A stretch of 64,000 nucleotides of DNA from Elusimicrobiota bacterium (GCA_046153645.1 JBJXGI010000103.1:1-64000), one strand, 5' to 3'. Shown: positions 17,483-28,306, numbered from the stretch's first letter. Numbers and translations are program-made. The notes: generated by a model not told the origin, from the letters alone.

Positions 17483-19909
17483 TTAGGCTGCTTTTTTAAG
17501 ATGCCAAATATCTTTTGAGTATTCTTCGATTGTTCTGTCACTTGAGAAAAAGCTCATGCGACTGGTCGTTAAAATTGATTTTTCAGTCCATAATGAAGGT
17601 GTTTTGTAAAGTGCAACAGCTTCATCATGCGCTTTGGTATAAGTTTCGAAATCCGCTAAGTGAAGATAGGGATCGTTTAAGCTAAGCAACATTTGAATGA
17701 GGCTTTCAAAAATTCCTGGTTCATCTACGTTGAATCGATTGGAGCGGAGGGCTTCCATAACCCGTCTGAGTGAAGGATTCTCGGCAATAAGTGATAAGGG
17801 GAAATAAGAATGGTTATTTTTTATATGGGTAACCTCAGAGGCTTCTAAACCAAATAAAAACATGTTTTCTGCCCCAACTCGTTGGGCCATTTCTATGGTG
17901 GCGCCATCTTTTGTCCCGATGGTGAGCGCGCCATTTAAAGCGAATTTCATATTGCTTGTGCCAGAGGCTTCTGTCCCTGCTGTTGAAATTTGTTCGCTTA
18001 AGTCTGTGGCTGGAATGAGGAGTTCAGCGACTGAAACTTTATAATCGGGTATAAAAAGAACAGTAAGCCAATCTCTTGAACGACGATCTTGATTAACGAT
18101 TTGCCCAATACTGTGAATTAATTTAATGACTTGTTTGGCCGCCCAGTAGCTGGGGGCTGCTTTGCCAGAAAAAATAAAGGTTTGAGGGGCCGGTGGATGT
18201 TTTCGATCTTCCACAACTCTTAAATAGTCATGAATGATTCGAAGCGCATTTAATAATTGTCGTTTATAAATATGAATTCGTTTGGCTTGTGTATCAAACA
18301 GGGAATCGGGGTTTATATAAAAACCCATGTTTTCACGAATAGCTGCTGCCAGTTTTAATTTGTTGATTTGTTTTGCGTTTCGAAATTCTTGTTGGAAAGA
18401 TTTGTCAGTTGAGAATTTTTCTAATTCATTGAGGTGACTTAAATTTTTTATCCAGTCGGTGTTAATTTTTCGGGAAATAATTTCTGTTAATGGAGCATTT
18501 GATTTTGCCACCCATCTTCGTGGGGTCACTCCATTGGTTTTGTTATTAAATTTTTCTGGCCACAGTTCATAAAAGTCAGGAAATAACTCTTTTTTAACAA
18601 GTTCTGAGTGTAAGGCTGCCACTCCGTTAACGGAATGGCTTCCCGTCACGGCTAAATGCGCCATGCGAATTTGTTTTAATGGCCCTTCTTGAACAAGCGA
18701 CATTCGATGGAGTCGTTGTGAATCCTCGGGCCATTTGGTTGCCACCTCTTGTAGGAGACGGCGATTTATTTCATAAATAATTTGTAAGTGCCTTGGTAAA
18801 ACTCGCTCAAATAATGAAACAGGCCATTTTTCTAATGCTTCTGAAAGTAACGTGTGATTTGTATAAGCGAGAGTTTCACAAGTCATTTTCCATGCGATAT
18901 TCCACTCTAAATGATGTTCATCTACAAAGAGACGCATTAATTCCGCAACGGCTATGGCTGGGTGAGTATCATTCATTTGGATGGCTACTTTTGAAGTGAA
19001 ATCGTCAAAAGTCTTATGGTGTCGAAGATAACGTCGAAAAATGTCATGCAGCGCGCATGAAACAAAGAAATACTCTTGAATAAAACGCAATTCTTTTCCC
19101 TGCCAATCTTCATCAGAAGGGTAGAGTACCTTGGAAATTTTTTCTGATGTTATTTTTTCTTCTACCGCTTTAAAGTAATCACCTTGATTAAAAATAGAGA
19201 TATCAAAGTCATTAGAGGTTTGCGCGCTATAGAGCCTTAAGAAATTCACTGTTTGACCTTCGTATCCTATGATAGGCATATCATGAGGAACACCTAAGAT
19301 TGTTTTAGCGCCCACCCATTTGGGATTAGGATTTCCTAAACAGTCGACGCCTTCTTGCACATAACCATATAATGAGATGGAATGAGCTTTGTCGGGTCTT
19401 GAAATTTGCCAATAACTACTGTCAGCCATCCAACGATCTGGTTTTTCTTTTTGATAGCCATCTTCGATGGTTTGTTTAAAAAGGCCAAATTGATAATTGA
19501 TTCCATAACCAAATCCAGGTAAACCCAAAGTAGCTAAAGAGTCAAGAAAGCAGGCCGCTAACCTACCGAGACCTCCGTTTCCTAAAGCAGGGTCAGATTC
19601 TTCTGATATGACAGTGTCTAAATCCCACCCTAGGTTTTTTACTGCTTTTCGACATTCTTCTAACAACTTCAAGTTTAAGAGATTATTTTCTAGCGTTCGT
19701 CCTATTAAAAATTCCATGGAAAGATAATAAACGCGCTTTAGATCTTGATCTCGGTAACGGCGTTCTGTTTGGAGGAGCTGTTCTACGGCAATTCCTTTAA
19801 TAGAAAGGGAAATAGCGTGAAATACATCTTCATTCGACACATCACTTAAATCTTTAGCGAGTGTTGTTCTTAGATGATATCGAATAAGTTCTTCAAGTTT
19901 TTGTTCCAT
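17483..19909 (-). CDS. glgP: Glycogen/starch/alpha-glucan phosphorylase
   Basis: YYLSMEFLIGR, LGNGGLGRLAACFLDS, NDTHP, EASGTSNMKFALNG (PLP lysine); ends KKAA. Confidence 0.97.
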   Translation of the reverse strand: MEQKLEELIRYHLRTTLAKDLSDVSNEDVFHAISLSIKGIAVEQLLQTERRYRDQDLKRVYYLSMEFLIGRTLENNLLNLKLLEECRKAVKNLGWDLDTVISEESDPALGNGGLGRLAACFLDSLATLGLPGFGYGINYQFGLFKQTIEDGYQKEKPDRWMADSSYWQISRPDKAHSISLYGYVQEGVDCLGNPNPKWVGAKTILGVPHDMPIIGYEGQTVNFLRLYSAQTSNDFDISIFNQGDYFKAVEEKITSEKISKVLYPSDEDWQGKELRFIQEYFFVSCALHDIFRRYLRHHKTFDDFTSKVAIQMNDTHPAIAVAELMRLFVDEHHLEWNIAWKMTCETLAYTNHTLLSEALEKWPVSLFERVLPRHLQIIYEINRRLLQEVATKWPEDSQRLHRMSLVQEGPLKQIRMAHLAVTGSHSVNGVAALHSELVKKELFPDFYELWPEKFNNKTNGVTPRRWVAKSNAPLTEIISRKINTDWIKNLSHLNELEKFSTDKSFQQEFRNAKQINKLKLAAAIRENMGFYINPDSLFDTQAKRIHIYKRQLLNALRIIHDYLRVVEDRKHPPAPQTFIFSGKAAPSYWAAKQVIKLIHSIGQIVNQDRRSRDWLTVLFIPDYKVSVAELLIPATDLSEQISTAGTEASGTSNMKFALNGALTIGTKDGATIEMAQRVGAENMFLFGLEASEVTHIKNNHSYFPLSLIAENPSLRRVMEALRSNRFNVDEPGIFESLIQMLLSLNDPYLHLADFETYTKAHDEAVALYKTPSLWTEKSILTTSRMSFFSSDRTIEEYSKDIWHLKKAA

Positions 19910-19916
19910 AGATGAG

Positions 19917-19943
19917 TTATCGGCGAAATATGAAATTAGTGAA
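19917..19943 (-). promoter_or_regulatory. sigma28-type promoter of glgP (probably leaderless)
   Basis: Perfect -10 GCCGATAA 7 nt before the ATG; weak -35 TTCAC at N14; no SD. Confidence 0.6.
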
Positions 19944-19989
19944 TATATGTTCGCCTATTTTTATCTGGAATGACTGTGAATGTGTGGAT

Positions 19990-20005
19990 TGGCACCAAAT
20001 TTGCT
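19990..20005 (+). promoter_or_regulatory. sigma54 promoter of the flgF operon
   Basis: TGGCACCAAATTTGCT. Confidence 0.85.
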
Positions 20006-20049
20006 GAGGTAGAAGGTGTGGGATCTAAAGATATAAGAAGGAGAAAATC

Positions 20050-20745
20050 ATGTTGAATGGAATTCGAATTTTGGGACAAGCTAAGAATGCTCTGATTAAA
20101 CAACATGAAATTATTGCCAATAATCTGGCGAATTTAGGAACTGTTGGTTTTAAAAAAGATGCTGTCGCATTCCATAGAATTTTAGATGAAAAATCAAATG
20201 AAGTATTGGTGAGCGTTGTTAAAACCGATGCGGGTACTGGTGATTTTAAACAGACCAGTAACCCTTTAGATTTTTCTATTCAAGGTGAAGGCTACTTTTC
20301 TATTCAAACACCCCAAGGAACTCGATATACCAGGGATGGGTCATTTCAAATCAATGATAAAGGAATATTGATTGATCAAAATGGCAATCCTGTCCTTTCG
20401 GAGAAAGGAAACATTGTTATTAGTCCTGAACTCAAAGGAAAAGTGTCAGTTGGTTTGGATGGTCGTGTTTCTATCGGCACAACTGATTTGGGTAAATTGC
20501 TTATTAGCAATTTTAAAGAAGGGGCTCAGCTGATTAAAACCGGAGAAAATCTCTTTGATGTTCCCAATGCCGAATTTACACCAGGGGCCTTTCAAGTGAT
20601 TCAGGGAAGTCTAGAAATGTCGAATTCCAATTCTGTTCAGGAAATGGTGGAGATGATGGACGCTCTGCGACTTTTTGAGACCAGTCAAACCACAGCGCGG
20701 ATGGGAGATGAAGCGCTGGGAAAAGCAATTTCGCAACTCGCGTGA
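20050..20745 (+). CDS. flgF: Flagellar basal-body rod protein FlgF
   Basis: IANNLANLGTVGFKKD; YTRDGSF; QGSLEMSN; position before flgG. Confidence 0.88.
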   Translation: MLNGIRILGQAKNALIKQHEIIANNLANLGTVGFKKDAVAFHRILDEKSNEVLVSVVKTDAGTGDFKQTSNPLDFSIQGEGYFSIQTPQGTRYTRDGSFQINDKGILIDQNGNPVLSEKGNIVISPELKGKVSVGLDGRVSIGTTDLGKLLISNFKEGAQLIKTGENLFDVPNAEFTPGAFQVIQGSLEMSNSNSVQEMVEMMDALRLFETSQTTARMGDEALGKAISQLA

Positions 20746-20767
20746 AATAGAGAAAGGAGATAATAAT

Positions 20768-21556
20768 ATGATTCGAGCTTTATGGACGGCCGCATCGGGG
20801 ATGTCTGCCCAACAATTAAACGTGGATATCATTTCAAATAACTTAGCCAATGTTAACACCAATGGCTATAAAAAAGCCCGCGCAGAATTTCAGGATCTTT
20901 TTTATCAAACTATTCAAGAACCTCAGGTTGATGAGGCTTCAGGTCGGCAAGTACCTGTTGGCCTTCAAGTGGGTATGGGAACTCGACCGGTTGCGGTACA
21001 AAAAATGTTTTCTCAAGGAGAACATCAGCAAACAGATAATCCTATGGATTTTGCTATTGAGGGAAATGGATTTTTTCAAGTAAAAATGAAAGATGACACA
21101 ATTGGGTACACTCGTTCTGGCGCTTTTAAAATTGATGGAACAGGTCAAATGGTTAACTCGGAGGGAAACCCTCTAGAGCCTAGTATTGTTATTCCAGAAA
21201 ATGCGACCTCTATTAATATTTCTGCAGATGGAGTGGTATCTGTTAAATTGCCCGGACAAACCGATTCTCAGACTGTTGGGACAATTGAATTGGCCCAGTT
21301 TTTAAATCCCGCGGGATTAAAAAGTTTGGGGCATAATCTCTATGAAGTCACCGTGGCTTCTGGTGCCCCTAGAACAGGAGCTCCTGGCGTTGATGGGAAC
21401 GGGCAACTTTTACAAGGGGCTTTAGAGATGTCTAACGTTCGAGTGGTTGATGAAATGGTGCAAATGATTATGGCTCAACGTTCCTACGAAATTAATTCAA
21501 AAGCAATTCAAACGGCTGATGAAATGATTCGAATTGCCAATAATATCCGAGCCTGA
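20768..21556 (+). CDS. flgG: Flagellar distal rod protein FlgG
   Basis: MIRALWTAASGMSAQQ...SNNLANVNT; QRSYEINSKAIQTADEM. Confidence 0.96.
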   Translation: MIRALWTAASGMSAQQLNVDIISNNLANVNTNGYKKARAEFQDLFYQTIQEPQVDEASGRQVPVGLQVGMGTRPVAVQKMFSQGEHQQTDNPMDFAIEGNGFFQVKMKDDTIGYTRSGAFKIDGTGQMVNSEGNPLEPSIVIPENATSINISADGVVSVKLPGQTDSQTVGTIELAQFLNPAGLKSLGHNLYEVTVASGAPRTGAPGVDGNGQLLQGALEMSNVRVVDEMVQMIMAQRSYEINSKAIQTADEMIRIANNIRA

Positions 21557-21561
21557 TAAAG

Positions 21562-22305
21562 ATGAAAAATTATTTTTCTAAAGACATGGCACCATTTGTA
21601 GGGTTCCTTTTTTTGGGGCAGATGTCTTGGGCAACAATTCCTCCAAAGGCCACTCAGATTGAAGGAGCTCGTGTTGTAAAAGATGCCAAGAATCTTATTT
21701 TGAAAAATTGGAAACAAGAAGGACTTGAAGTGCAAATTGAAATATTGAAAGGTGTTGAAGATATGGTAGTTGACTCAGGAGATGTGAAATGGAGTATTCA
21801 ATGGTCAGGTCTCAAACCTTTTTCAGGCCTTATGTCTCTTCCTGTTGTTATTACTCGAGATGGAAAAGTAATTAAACGAATTATGTTGGCCATAAAAACA
21901 AAGATATTTCGACAAGTTCTTGTCCCGATTAAAAGTATTGATCGCCATGATTTATTAAAGAAAGAATCATTTGTCGTTGTGAAATGTGAAATTCCCTCAT
22001 CCAGTGAGTCGTTTCTTCAGGATTCAAGTCTTCTTCATAATATGCGCGCCACTCGCCGATTATTGGCCCAAAACCCGGTGTTGGAAAGTTTTGTGGAAGA
22101 AGTTCCGCTCGTTAAAAAAGGAGATCAAGTTGCGATTGTTAACAAAAATGGGTCCTTGGAGATTTCTGCTAATGGAATTGCCAAAACAGATGGGCACTCA
22201 GGAGACTATATTCCGGTAACCAACTTACACACAGGAAAAACAGTCACAGCCTTCATTAATACGAAGGGTCAACTAGAAATTTCTCAAAAAGGAATGATTC
22301 AATGA
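21562..22305 (+). CDS. flgA: P-ring formation chaperone FlgA
   Basis: SAF-like region; PLVKKGDQV...GIAKTDGHSGDYIPVTN; synteny. Confidence 0.88.
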   Translation: MKNYFSKDMAPFVGFLFLGQMSWATIPPKATQIEGARVVKDAKNLILKNWKQEGLEVQIEILKGVEDMVVDSGDVKWSIQWSGLKPFSGLMSLPVVITRDGKVIKRIMLAIKTKIFRQVLVPIKSIDRHDLLKKESFVVVKCEIPSSSESFLQDSSLLHNMRATRRLLAQNPVLESFVEEVPLVKKGDQVAIVNKNGSLEISANGIAKTDGHSGDYIPVTNLHTGKTVTAFINTKGQLEISQKGMIQ

Positions 22306-22910
22306 GAATGAGACTTGGAGGAATCATTGGATTTTCAATGGTGTTGATGTGTTCTGGATGTTTTGGACATAAAAAAATAGCTCCGGTTGTGCAGGCTCCA
22401 CCGGCAGGGCCAAACATTATTTCATTTTTTTCAGATTCAAAAATAACGCCAAAAGTAGGAGATCTCATAACAGTACAAGTTGTTGAAAATGCCTCAGGTT
22501 CTAAAAAAAGTACTTCAAGTGCGGATAAGAACACTGATATTTCAGCAGATATGAAAATGGACACAACTGACAAAACCTATGATGGAAAACTGGGCATGAA
22601 AACAAAAAATAAATATGACGCGGACAATCGATATGTAAAACAAGGTAGTTTGGTGGCTAATGTGACGGCGGTGGTTGAAGAGGTTTATCCCAATGGCAAT
22701 GCCCGTATTTCGGGGACCCAAGAAATTTCTATAGATAAAGGGATGCAAGTTATTACTCTCACTGGGATCGCTCGTCCGGAAGATATTTCAAATACAAATA
22801 CGATTTTATCCACACGACTGGCCAAAGCAAAGATTTCTTATAGATCAAAAAATGAGCCCGCCATCCATCGTCAAAGTTTATTGGGATGGTTGGTAGGGTT
22901 GGTGTTCTGA
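22302..22910 (+). CDS. flgH: L-ring protein FlgH
   Basis: Lipoprotein signal; VGDLITVQVVE, PNGN, GIARPEDI. Confidence 0.92.
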   Translation: MRMRLGGIIGFSMVLMCSGCFGHKKIAPVVQAPPAGPNIISFFSDSKITPKVGDLITVQVVENASGSKKSTSSADKNTDISADMKMDTTDKTYDGKLGMKTKNKYDADNRYVKQGSLVANVTAVVEEVYPNGNARISGTQEISIDKGMQVITLTGIARPEDISNTNTILSTRLAKAKISYRSKNEPAIHRQSLLGWLVGLVF

Positions 22911-23914
22911 TGAATTTTTTAAAACCACTCTTTTTGATAACGTTTATTTCTTTTTTTTCTGGTTCTGTTGATGCGCGTGTGAGAATCAAAGATATTGCCA
23001 GTGTTGGAGGAAACCGTGAAATTGAACTCATCGGTTATGGTTTGGTCACTGGGCTCGAGGGAACTGGTGATAAGGCAGGAACACGCCCGACGGCTCAATC
23101 CTTGGGAAGTTTATTAAAGAAAATGGGAGTGACTGTATCTCCTGAAAGTTTGGCATCAAATAATGTCGCGGCGGTGGCGGTAACGGCGCGCATATCAGGT
23201 TTTTCTTCTATTGGGAGTATCGTAGATGGGAGTGTTTCTTCATTGGGAAATGCCACCAGTTTAGAGGGGGGTACTTTGTTGGTGACTCCTTTGATGGGAG
23301 TTGATGGAAATATTTATGGTTCAGCTCAAGGAAAAATTCAAGTTGAAAATGGCGAATCCAAAAAAAGAACAATAAAGTCAGTGGCAACATCTGGTTCTGT
23401 TTTAGGAGGTGTTATTTTGGAGAGAGATGTTTCATCCCAAGTTGTTCAAAATGAAAATGAAATCCTTATTCGACTGAATCAACCTGATTTTGTAACGGCG
23501 GAAAGAATTATGGACGTTGTAAAATCTGCTTTTTCTTCTCCTTGTTTAGCAAAAGACCCTGCTCGGATTCATGTCACAATTCCCGAAGACTTTAGAAATG
23601 ATCCAATCGGATTTTCGGCAAGATTAGAAAGTTTAACTTTGGATATTGATAATGTGGCTCGTGTTGTCATAAATGAAAAAACGGGAACGGTGATATCAGG
23701 AAAAGATGTGCGCATTTCAGCTGTTACAATAGCGCATGGGAATTTAGAAATTAAAATTGATGGAAAGTCTAATCTTCAGGTTCCAGATTCTTCTACAGTA
23801 ACAACCATGGTTTCTATGCTGAGCAATATGGGTGCCAGTGCATGGGATATTGTGACTATTTTTAAGGCCTTAAAAAAAGCAGGTGCCTTAAATGCTGATT
23901 TGGTGATCATGTAA
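22910..23914 (+). CDS. flgI: P-ring protein FlgI
   Basis: RIKDIA...LIGYGLVTGLEGTGD; ALKKAGALNADL. Confidence 0.95.
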   Translation: MNFLKPLFLITFISFFSGSVDARVRIKDIASVGGNREIELIGYGLVTGLEGTGDKAGTRPTAQSLGSLLKKMGVTVSPESLASNNVAAVAVTARISGFSSIGSIVDGSVSSLGNATSLEGGTLLVTPLMGVDGNIYGSAQGKIQVENGESKKRTIKSVATSGSVLGGVILERDVSSQVVQNENEILIRLNQPDFVTAERIMDVVKSAFSSPCLAKDPARIHVTIPEDFRNDPIGFSARLESLTLDIDNVARVVINEKTGTVISGKDVRISAVTIAHGNLEIKIDGKSNLQVPDSSTVTTMVSMLSNMGASAWDIVTIFKALKKAGALNADLVIM

Positions 23915-24213
23915 TGGTTGAAAGAATAAATATCAATACTCCTTTGACCCCAAAAAGTGAGCTTAAAAAAGCCGCACAAGATTTTGAAGCACTTTTTTTA
24001 CATCAGCTATTGCAAGAAATGCGCAAATCATTAAATCAGTCCTGGGATATTGCTGGTGGGGGATTTGGTTCAAATATGGTGAGAGATTTATTCGATGGCG
24101 AATTAGCCAGCTATATGGCCAAAGCCAAAGGGTTGGGGATTGCCGATATTATAACCAAGCAATTGAGCCCTAAAGTGCAAAATTTTAGCGAAAAATCAGA
24201 TCATTTAGATTAA
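23914..24213 (+). CDS. flgJ: Rod-binding protein FlgJ (no muramidase domain)
   Basis: LKKAAQDFEALFLHQLLQEMRKS; GLGIADIITKQL. Confidence 0.9.
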   Translation: MVERININTPLTPKSELKKAAQDFEALFLHQLLQEMRKSLNQSWDIAGGGFGSNMVRDLFDGELASYMAKAKGLGIADIITKQLSPKVQNFSEKSDHLD

Positions 24214-24237
24214 AGATTATGGATTTTTTGCCGATAA
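24211..24237 (+). promoter_or_regulatory. sigma28 promoter of flgM
   Basis: TAAA-N15-GCCGATAA, consensus match. Confidence 0.9.
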
Positions 24238-24264
24238 CTAAATCGAGAGTAGGGAGGTGAAATT

Positions 24265-24567
24265 ATGTTGTATTCAATAAACCCTTCTGATCCAAAAAAT
24301 CGGATCAATCCTAAGGATCTGGAGTCCTTGAAGGAAGTGGCTTCATCAAAAACAAAAATGACCAAGGAAAAACCTGTTAACAATAGCGATGAAGTGGTGT
24401 TGTCTTCACTGGCGAAAGATATTCAGATAGTAAAAAGTCATTTAGAAGACATGTCTTTAGAACGCTTAAATAAACTGAAGGATCTAGAGACAAAAATCGC
24501 TCAAGGTCAATACCACGTGAGTGCTCAAGATATCGCGAAGAAAATAATTGAGAGTACCAACTCATGA
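24265..24567 (+). CDS. flgM: Anti-sigma28 factor FlgM
   Basis: DEVVLSSLA...KIAQGQYHVSAQDIAKKI. Confidence 0.9.
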   Translation: MLYSINPSDPKNRINPKDLESLKEVASSKTKMTKEKPVNNSDEVVLSSLAKDIQIVKSHLEDMSLERLNKLKDLETKIAQGQYHVSAQDIAKKIIESTNS

Positions 24568-25073
24568 TAAAAAAAATAGAGGCCTATTCTGGTTTAGAAG
24601 AAACTCTTCAGAATATCGTTAGCATTTGCCGAATTCTGGTGGGAGTGCTGAAAGATGAACAAGATCATCTTGTCCGAAAAAAGAATACCGATTGGGACTC
24701 TATTCTTGATTGTAAACAAAAAGCCTTGAAAAATTTGGGGCAAGCCGAACAAGAATGGCGGAGAAAATTTTACGAAATTGCGTTATCAAGCGGTTTTCAG
24801 AAAATGAATTGCTCTCTTACCGAATTTCTAGAAGACCTGAGTGATTCAGAGGGTTATCAACTCCGAGAAATTCAAAAAGAATTATTAGATTCGCTGCATG
24901 ATATCTGTGTGCTTAATCGCCAGAATGCTTCTTTATTGCGGCATGCGCTTTATTATAACCAGAGCTTTTTATCTTTGATGCACGCTTTTGTTGATCGAAC
25001 CAAGTCTCTCATTTATGGTCCGCAGGGGAAGCCTGAACCATTTTCAATTCAACTAATAGGAAAAAGAATCTAG
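24564..25073 (+). CDS. flgN: Export chaperone FlgN
   Basis: Between flgM and flgK; LNRQNASLL and terminal YGPQG. Confidence 0.85.
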   Translation: MIKKIEAYSGLEETLQNIVSICRILVGVLKDEQDHLVRKKNTDWDSILDCKQKALKNLGQAEQEWRRKFYEIALSSGFQKMNCSLTEFLEDLSDSEGYQLREIQKELLDSLHDICVLNRQNASLLRHALYYNQSFLSLMHAFVDRTKSLIYGPQGKPEPFSIQLIGKRI

Positions 25074-25076
25074 TCC

Positions 25077-26702
25077 ATGTCACTTTTTTCAACTTTAATC
25101 ATGGGAGCCAGATCGTTAAAAGCCTTTCAGGCTGCGATCCAAACAACTTCCCATAATATTTCTAATGCCAATACACCTGGATATTCAAGGCAAAGAGCTA
25201 TTTTAAGCACGGTTCAGCCAGATCAAACCGATGCCTTTCTTTTTGGAAGAGGAGTGCAACTCGAAGGAATTGAACGTTTGCGTTTGGGGTTTCTTGATAA
25301 GCAATTGCGCGTGGAAACAGCCGGTCTCGGAGCCACAGATGCGAAAATGACGACTTATCAATTAATGGAATCTATTTTTCAAGAACCCTCTGATCAGGGA
25401 CTGTCCGCAGCACTTAATAAATTTTGGAACGCATGGCAGGAACTATCCAATGATCCACCTAGTTTGCCGCTTCGCGCTAACCTTCGCGCCAATGCCGCAA
25501 ATTTGTCGAGCGCGTTCAACCGATTGAACACAGGACTAAACGGACTTAAGCAAAGCTTAAACGAAGATGTGAAATCAGAAGTGACTCAAATAAATAATCT
25601 AGGGGCCAATTTGGCCGATCTTAATAAACAGATCAGAACCTTCATTTTTCGAGGAGAAAATCCTGTTGATTTGTTAGATCAGCGAGATCTGATTCTTGAT
25701 CAACTTTCACAAAAACTTAATATTTCAGTTATTGATAAGGGTGCTGGACAAATGAATGTTCACGTAGAAGGAACTCTGTTGGTAGATGAAAATGGTTTCC
25801 ATTCATTAAAAACAGCTCCACGTATAGGAGATACTTTGGGGCTTGTTGATGTTCAGTGGAAAGAAACAAATAATCTTGTTGATTTAAGATCGGGTTCACT
25901 AAGTGGTCTCATTGAATCAAGAGATCAGATTATTCCCGGGTATTTGAATCAATTACATGAGATAGCTTCAGGTATGATGAGTCAGATTAATACCATTCAT
26001 GGCCAGGGAATGGGAATTGATGGAACAAGGAAAATAATGGGGGCTCTTCCCTTTACAAGCACTCTTTTAAGCAATCAATCATTAGGAATTAATGGAATAA
26101 ATATCTCATTATTTTCAGGAGATGGATTGATTGATATTGTTGGCAGAATTAATGCCGCCACAATTACCACAGGAGTTGAAGCTTCCATTGAGAACAATCG
26201 CCTTGTTCTCAAACCTTCCATTACCAATCCTCAGACAATTCAAATTACCAGCGATACCGGAGGAGTCACTAAACTTTTAGGAATAAAAGGGGATTTTTTT
26301 TCCGGAACGAACGCATCTGATATGCGTGTTTCTGATGCTGTCTTGAGCGATTTAAATTTTATTGCTGCTTCTCAAACAGGTGCTCCCGGGGATAATAACA
26401 ATGCCAGAGCCATTAGTCATTTAAAAGATGCTCTCACTCTACAAGGGAACACCATCGGTTTTAATCAATATTATCGTTTGATGATGACCAATTTGGGAAG
26501 TGAGTCACAATCTGTTGGTTTTGATCAATCAAATCAGAAAAAAATTCTTGAACAGATGGATAATACGCGTGAGTCAGTATCGGGGGTTTCATTAGACGAA
26601 GAAATGACTGACTTAATTAAATATCAAAGATCTTATGAAATGGCTGCTAAGGTTATTCAAACTGCAGATGAAATGTTAGCGAAACTTTTGGAGATTGCTT
26701 AA
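25077..26702 (+). CDS. flgK: Hook-associated protein FlgK
   Basis: HNISNANTPGYSRQR; SGVSLDEEMTDLIKYQRSY. Confidence 0.96.
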   Translation: MSLFSTLIMGARSLKAFQAAIQTTSHNISNANTPGYSRQRAILSTVQPDQTDAFLFGRGVQLEGIERLRLGFLDKQLRVETAGLGATDAKMTTYQLMESIFQEPSDQGLSAALNKFWNAWQELSNDPPSLPLRANLRANAANLSSAFNRLNTGLNGLKQSLNEDVKSEVTQINNLGANLADLNKQIRTFIFRGENPVDLLDQRDLILDQLSQKLNISVIDKGAGQMNVHVEGTLLVDENGFHSLKTAPRIGDTLGLVDVQWKETNNLVDLRSGSLSGLIESRDQIIPGYLNQLHEIASGMMSQINTIHGQGMGIDGTRKIMGALPFTSTLLSNQSLGINGINISLFSGDGLIDIVGRINAATITTGVEASIENNRLVLKPSITNPQTIQITSDTGGVTKLLGIKGDFFSGTNASDMRVSDAVLSDLNFIAASQTGAPGDNNNARAISHLKDALTLQGNTIGFNQYYRLMMTNLGSESQSVGFDQSNQKKILEQMDNTRESVSGVSLDEEMTDLIKYQRSYEMAAKVIQTADEMLAKLLEIA

Positions 26703-26706
26703 TTTT

Positions 26707-27582
26707 ATGAGAATTACAGAAAAAATGGTCATTCATGGCATGATGGACGATATTCAAAGTCACCTGGTTCAAATTGCTCATATGCAAGAACAAGTTTCAA
26801 CGGGGAAGAGAATCCATCGTGTTTCTGATGACCCGAACGCGGCTTCCAAAACAATCGATATTAAATTTACGATTAGTGGATTAGAGCAATATAAGAAAAA
26901 TGCTGACGAAGCATCTGCTTGGATGTCTAATACTCTCACGAATTTGGGACAAGTCAGAGGAATTATTAACGAAGCAAAAGTTCTTGCCTTGCAAGGAGGC
27001 ACCGATACTTTGACGCCAGAAGCAAGGCAAACTTCCGCGCGTGTTATTGAACGATTAGCTGCCCGACTGTATGACGTTGCCAATTCTAAATGGGAAGGCC
27101 AAACTGTTTTTGGTGGACATAAGACGTCAACCGCCGCTTTTACACAAACTGGGGTTTATCAAGGTGATGATGGTGTGATGAGAAGATCAATCGGACCGGG
27201 GGAATTTGTACAAGTAAATTATGGCGGAGAACAAGTATTCAAAGACGGTGTTGATATTTTTCAAGCGTTAAATGATTTGAAAACAGCTTTTGAAAATAAT
27301 GATATCCCTGCTATTTCAGCGACTTTAGATGATTGGGATGAGGCCCTAGGAAATGTTTTGAAATTAGAAGCGGTGATGGGATCCGATTCAGAACGAGTGG
27401 AAGCGGCCAAAACACGATTAGAGGAAGGACAATTCACCTTAAAAGAACTTTTATCCAAGAATGAAGATGTCGATTTAGCCCAAGCTATAGTGCAATTACA
27501 AAGTCTTCAAAATGTATATCAAGCAGCACTTTCAGTCGGTTCTCAATTACTACAACAGTCTCTCTTGAGGTTTTTAAAATAA
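26707..27582 (+). CDS. flgL: Hook-associated protein FlgL
   Basis: MRIT...STGKRIHRVSDDP; EDVDLAQAI...YQAAL...SLLRFL. Confidence 0.95.
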   Translation: MRITEKMVIHGMMDDIQSHLVQIAHMQEQVSTGKRIHRVSDDPNAASKTIDIKFTISGLEQYKKNADEASAWMSNTLTNLGQVRGIINEAKVLALQGGTDTLTPEARQTSARVIERLAARLYDVANSKWEGQTVFGGHKTSTAAFTQTGVYQGDDGVMRRSIGPGEFVQVNYGGEQVFKDGVDIFQALNDLKTAFENNDIPAISATLDDWDEALGNVLKLEAVMGSDSERVEAAKTRLEEGQFTLKELLSKNEDVDLAQAIVQLQSLQNVYQAALSVGSQLLQQSLLRFLK

Positions 27583-27584
27583 TT

Positions 27585-28049
27585 ATGATGACAAAAACTG
27601 AATCTCCACTCTCTATTGAACCAACACTGAATACATCTCGGTTTGGCCAAGTAAAAATAATCACTGACAATGTGCTTACTTTCCCTGAAGGGTTGGTGGG
27701 TTTTTCGGACTTTAAGCGATACATCTTGTTAGAACACGGAGACAGTCAAGGAATATTTTATTGGTTACAAAGTATGGATGATATGAGTTTGGCTTTCCCG
27801 GTTGTTAACCCTGCACCCTTTAACCAAAACTACAAGATTAAAATTTCAATACCAGATTTATCATCTATTGAATTAACAGATGAAAAAGACGCGCAAGTTT
27901 TAGCGATTGCCACCATTCCCATTGGGGACGAAAAAAAAATGTGGCTTAATTTACAAGCCCCTCTTATTATTAACAAAATGAAAAAATGTGGGAAACAGGT
28001 CATTTTGGATGGAACTCATCATCCCCTCCGGTTTCAGGTTACCTTTTAA
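27585..28049 (+). CDS. fliW: Flagellar assembly factor FliW
   Basis: TSRFG, FPEGLVGF, WLQS, NLQAPLIIN, GKQVIL. Confidence 0.95.
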   Translation: MMTKTESPLSIEPTLNTSRFGQVKIITDNVLTFPEGLVGFSDFKRYILLEHGDSQGIFYWLQSMDDMSLAFPVVNPAPFNQNYKIKISIPDLSSIELTDEKDAQVLAIATIPIGDEKKMWLNLQAPLIINKMKKCGKQVILDGTHHPLRFQVTF

Positions 28050-28285
28050 TGCTTTTATTAACCCGACGTCGTCGTCAAAGTATTGTCATTGGCGATGATA
28101 TTGAAATTACTGTTTTAAAAATTGAGAAATCTCAAGTACATATAGGAATTAAAGCCCCTAAAACACTTCCCATTTTTCGTCAAGAAATTTATCAAGTTTT
28201 AAAATTAGAGAATCAAGCCTCAGCCAATAGTTCTCCAACCTCAATTCAAAAAGCCATTCAATTCTTTCGAAAAAAACCGCTGTAA
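28049..28285 (+). CDS. csrA: Translational regulator CsrA
   Basis: MLLLTRR...IVIGDDIEITVL...IGIKAPK...FRQEIY with C-terminal extension. Confidence 0.95.
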   Translation: MLLLTRRRRQSIVIGDDIEITVLKIEKSQVHIGIKAPKTLPIFRQEIYQVLKLENQASANSSPTSIQKAIQFFRKKPL

Positions 28286-28306
28286 CTATAGTCACATTTT
28301 TTCTTC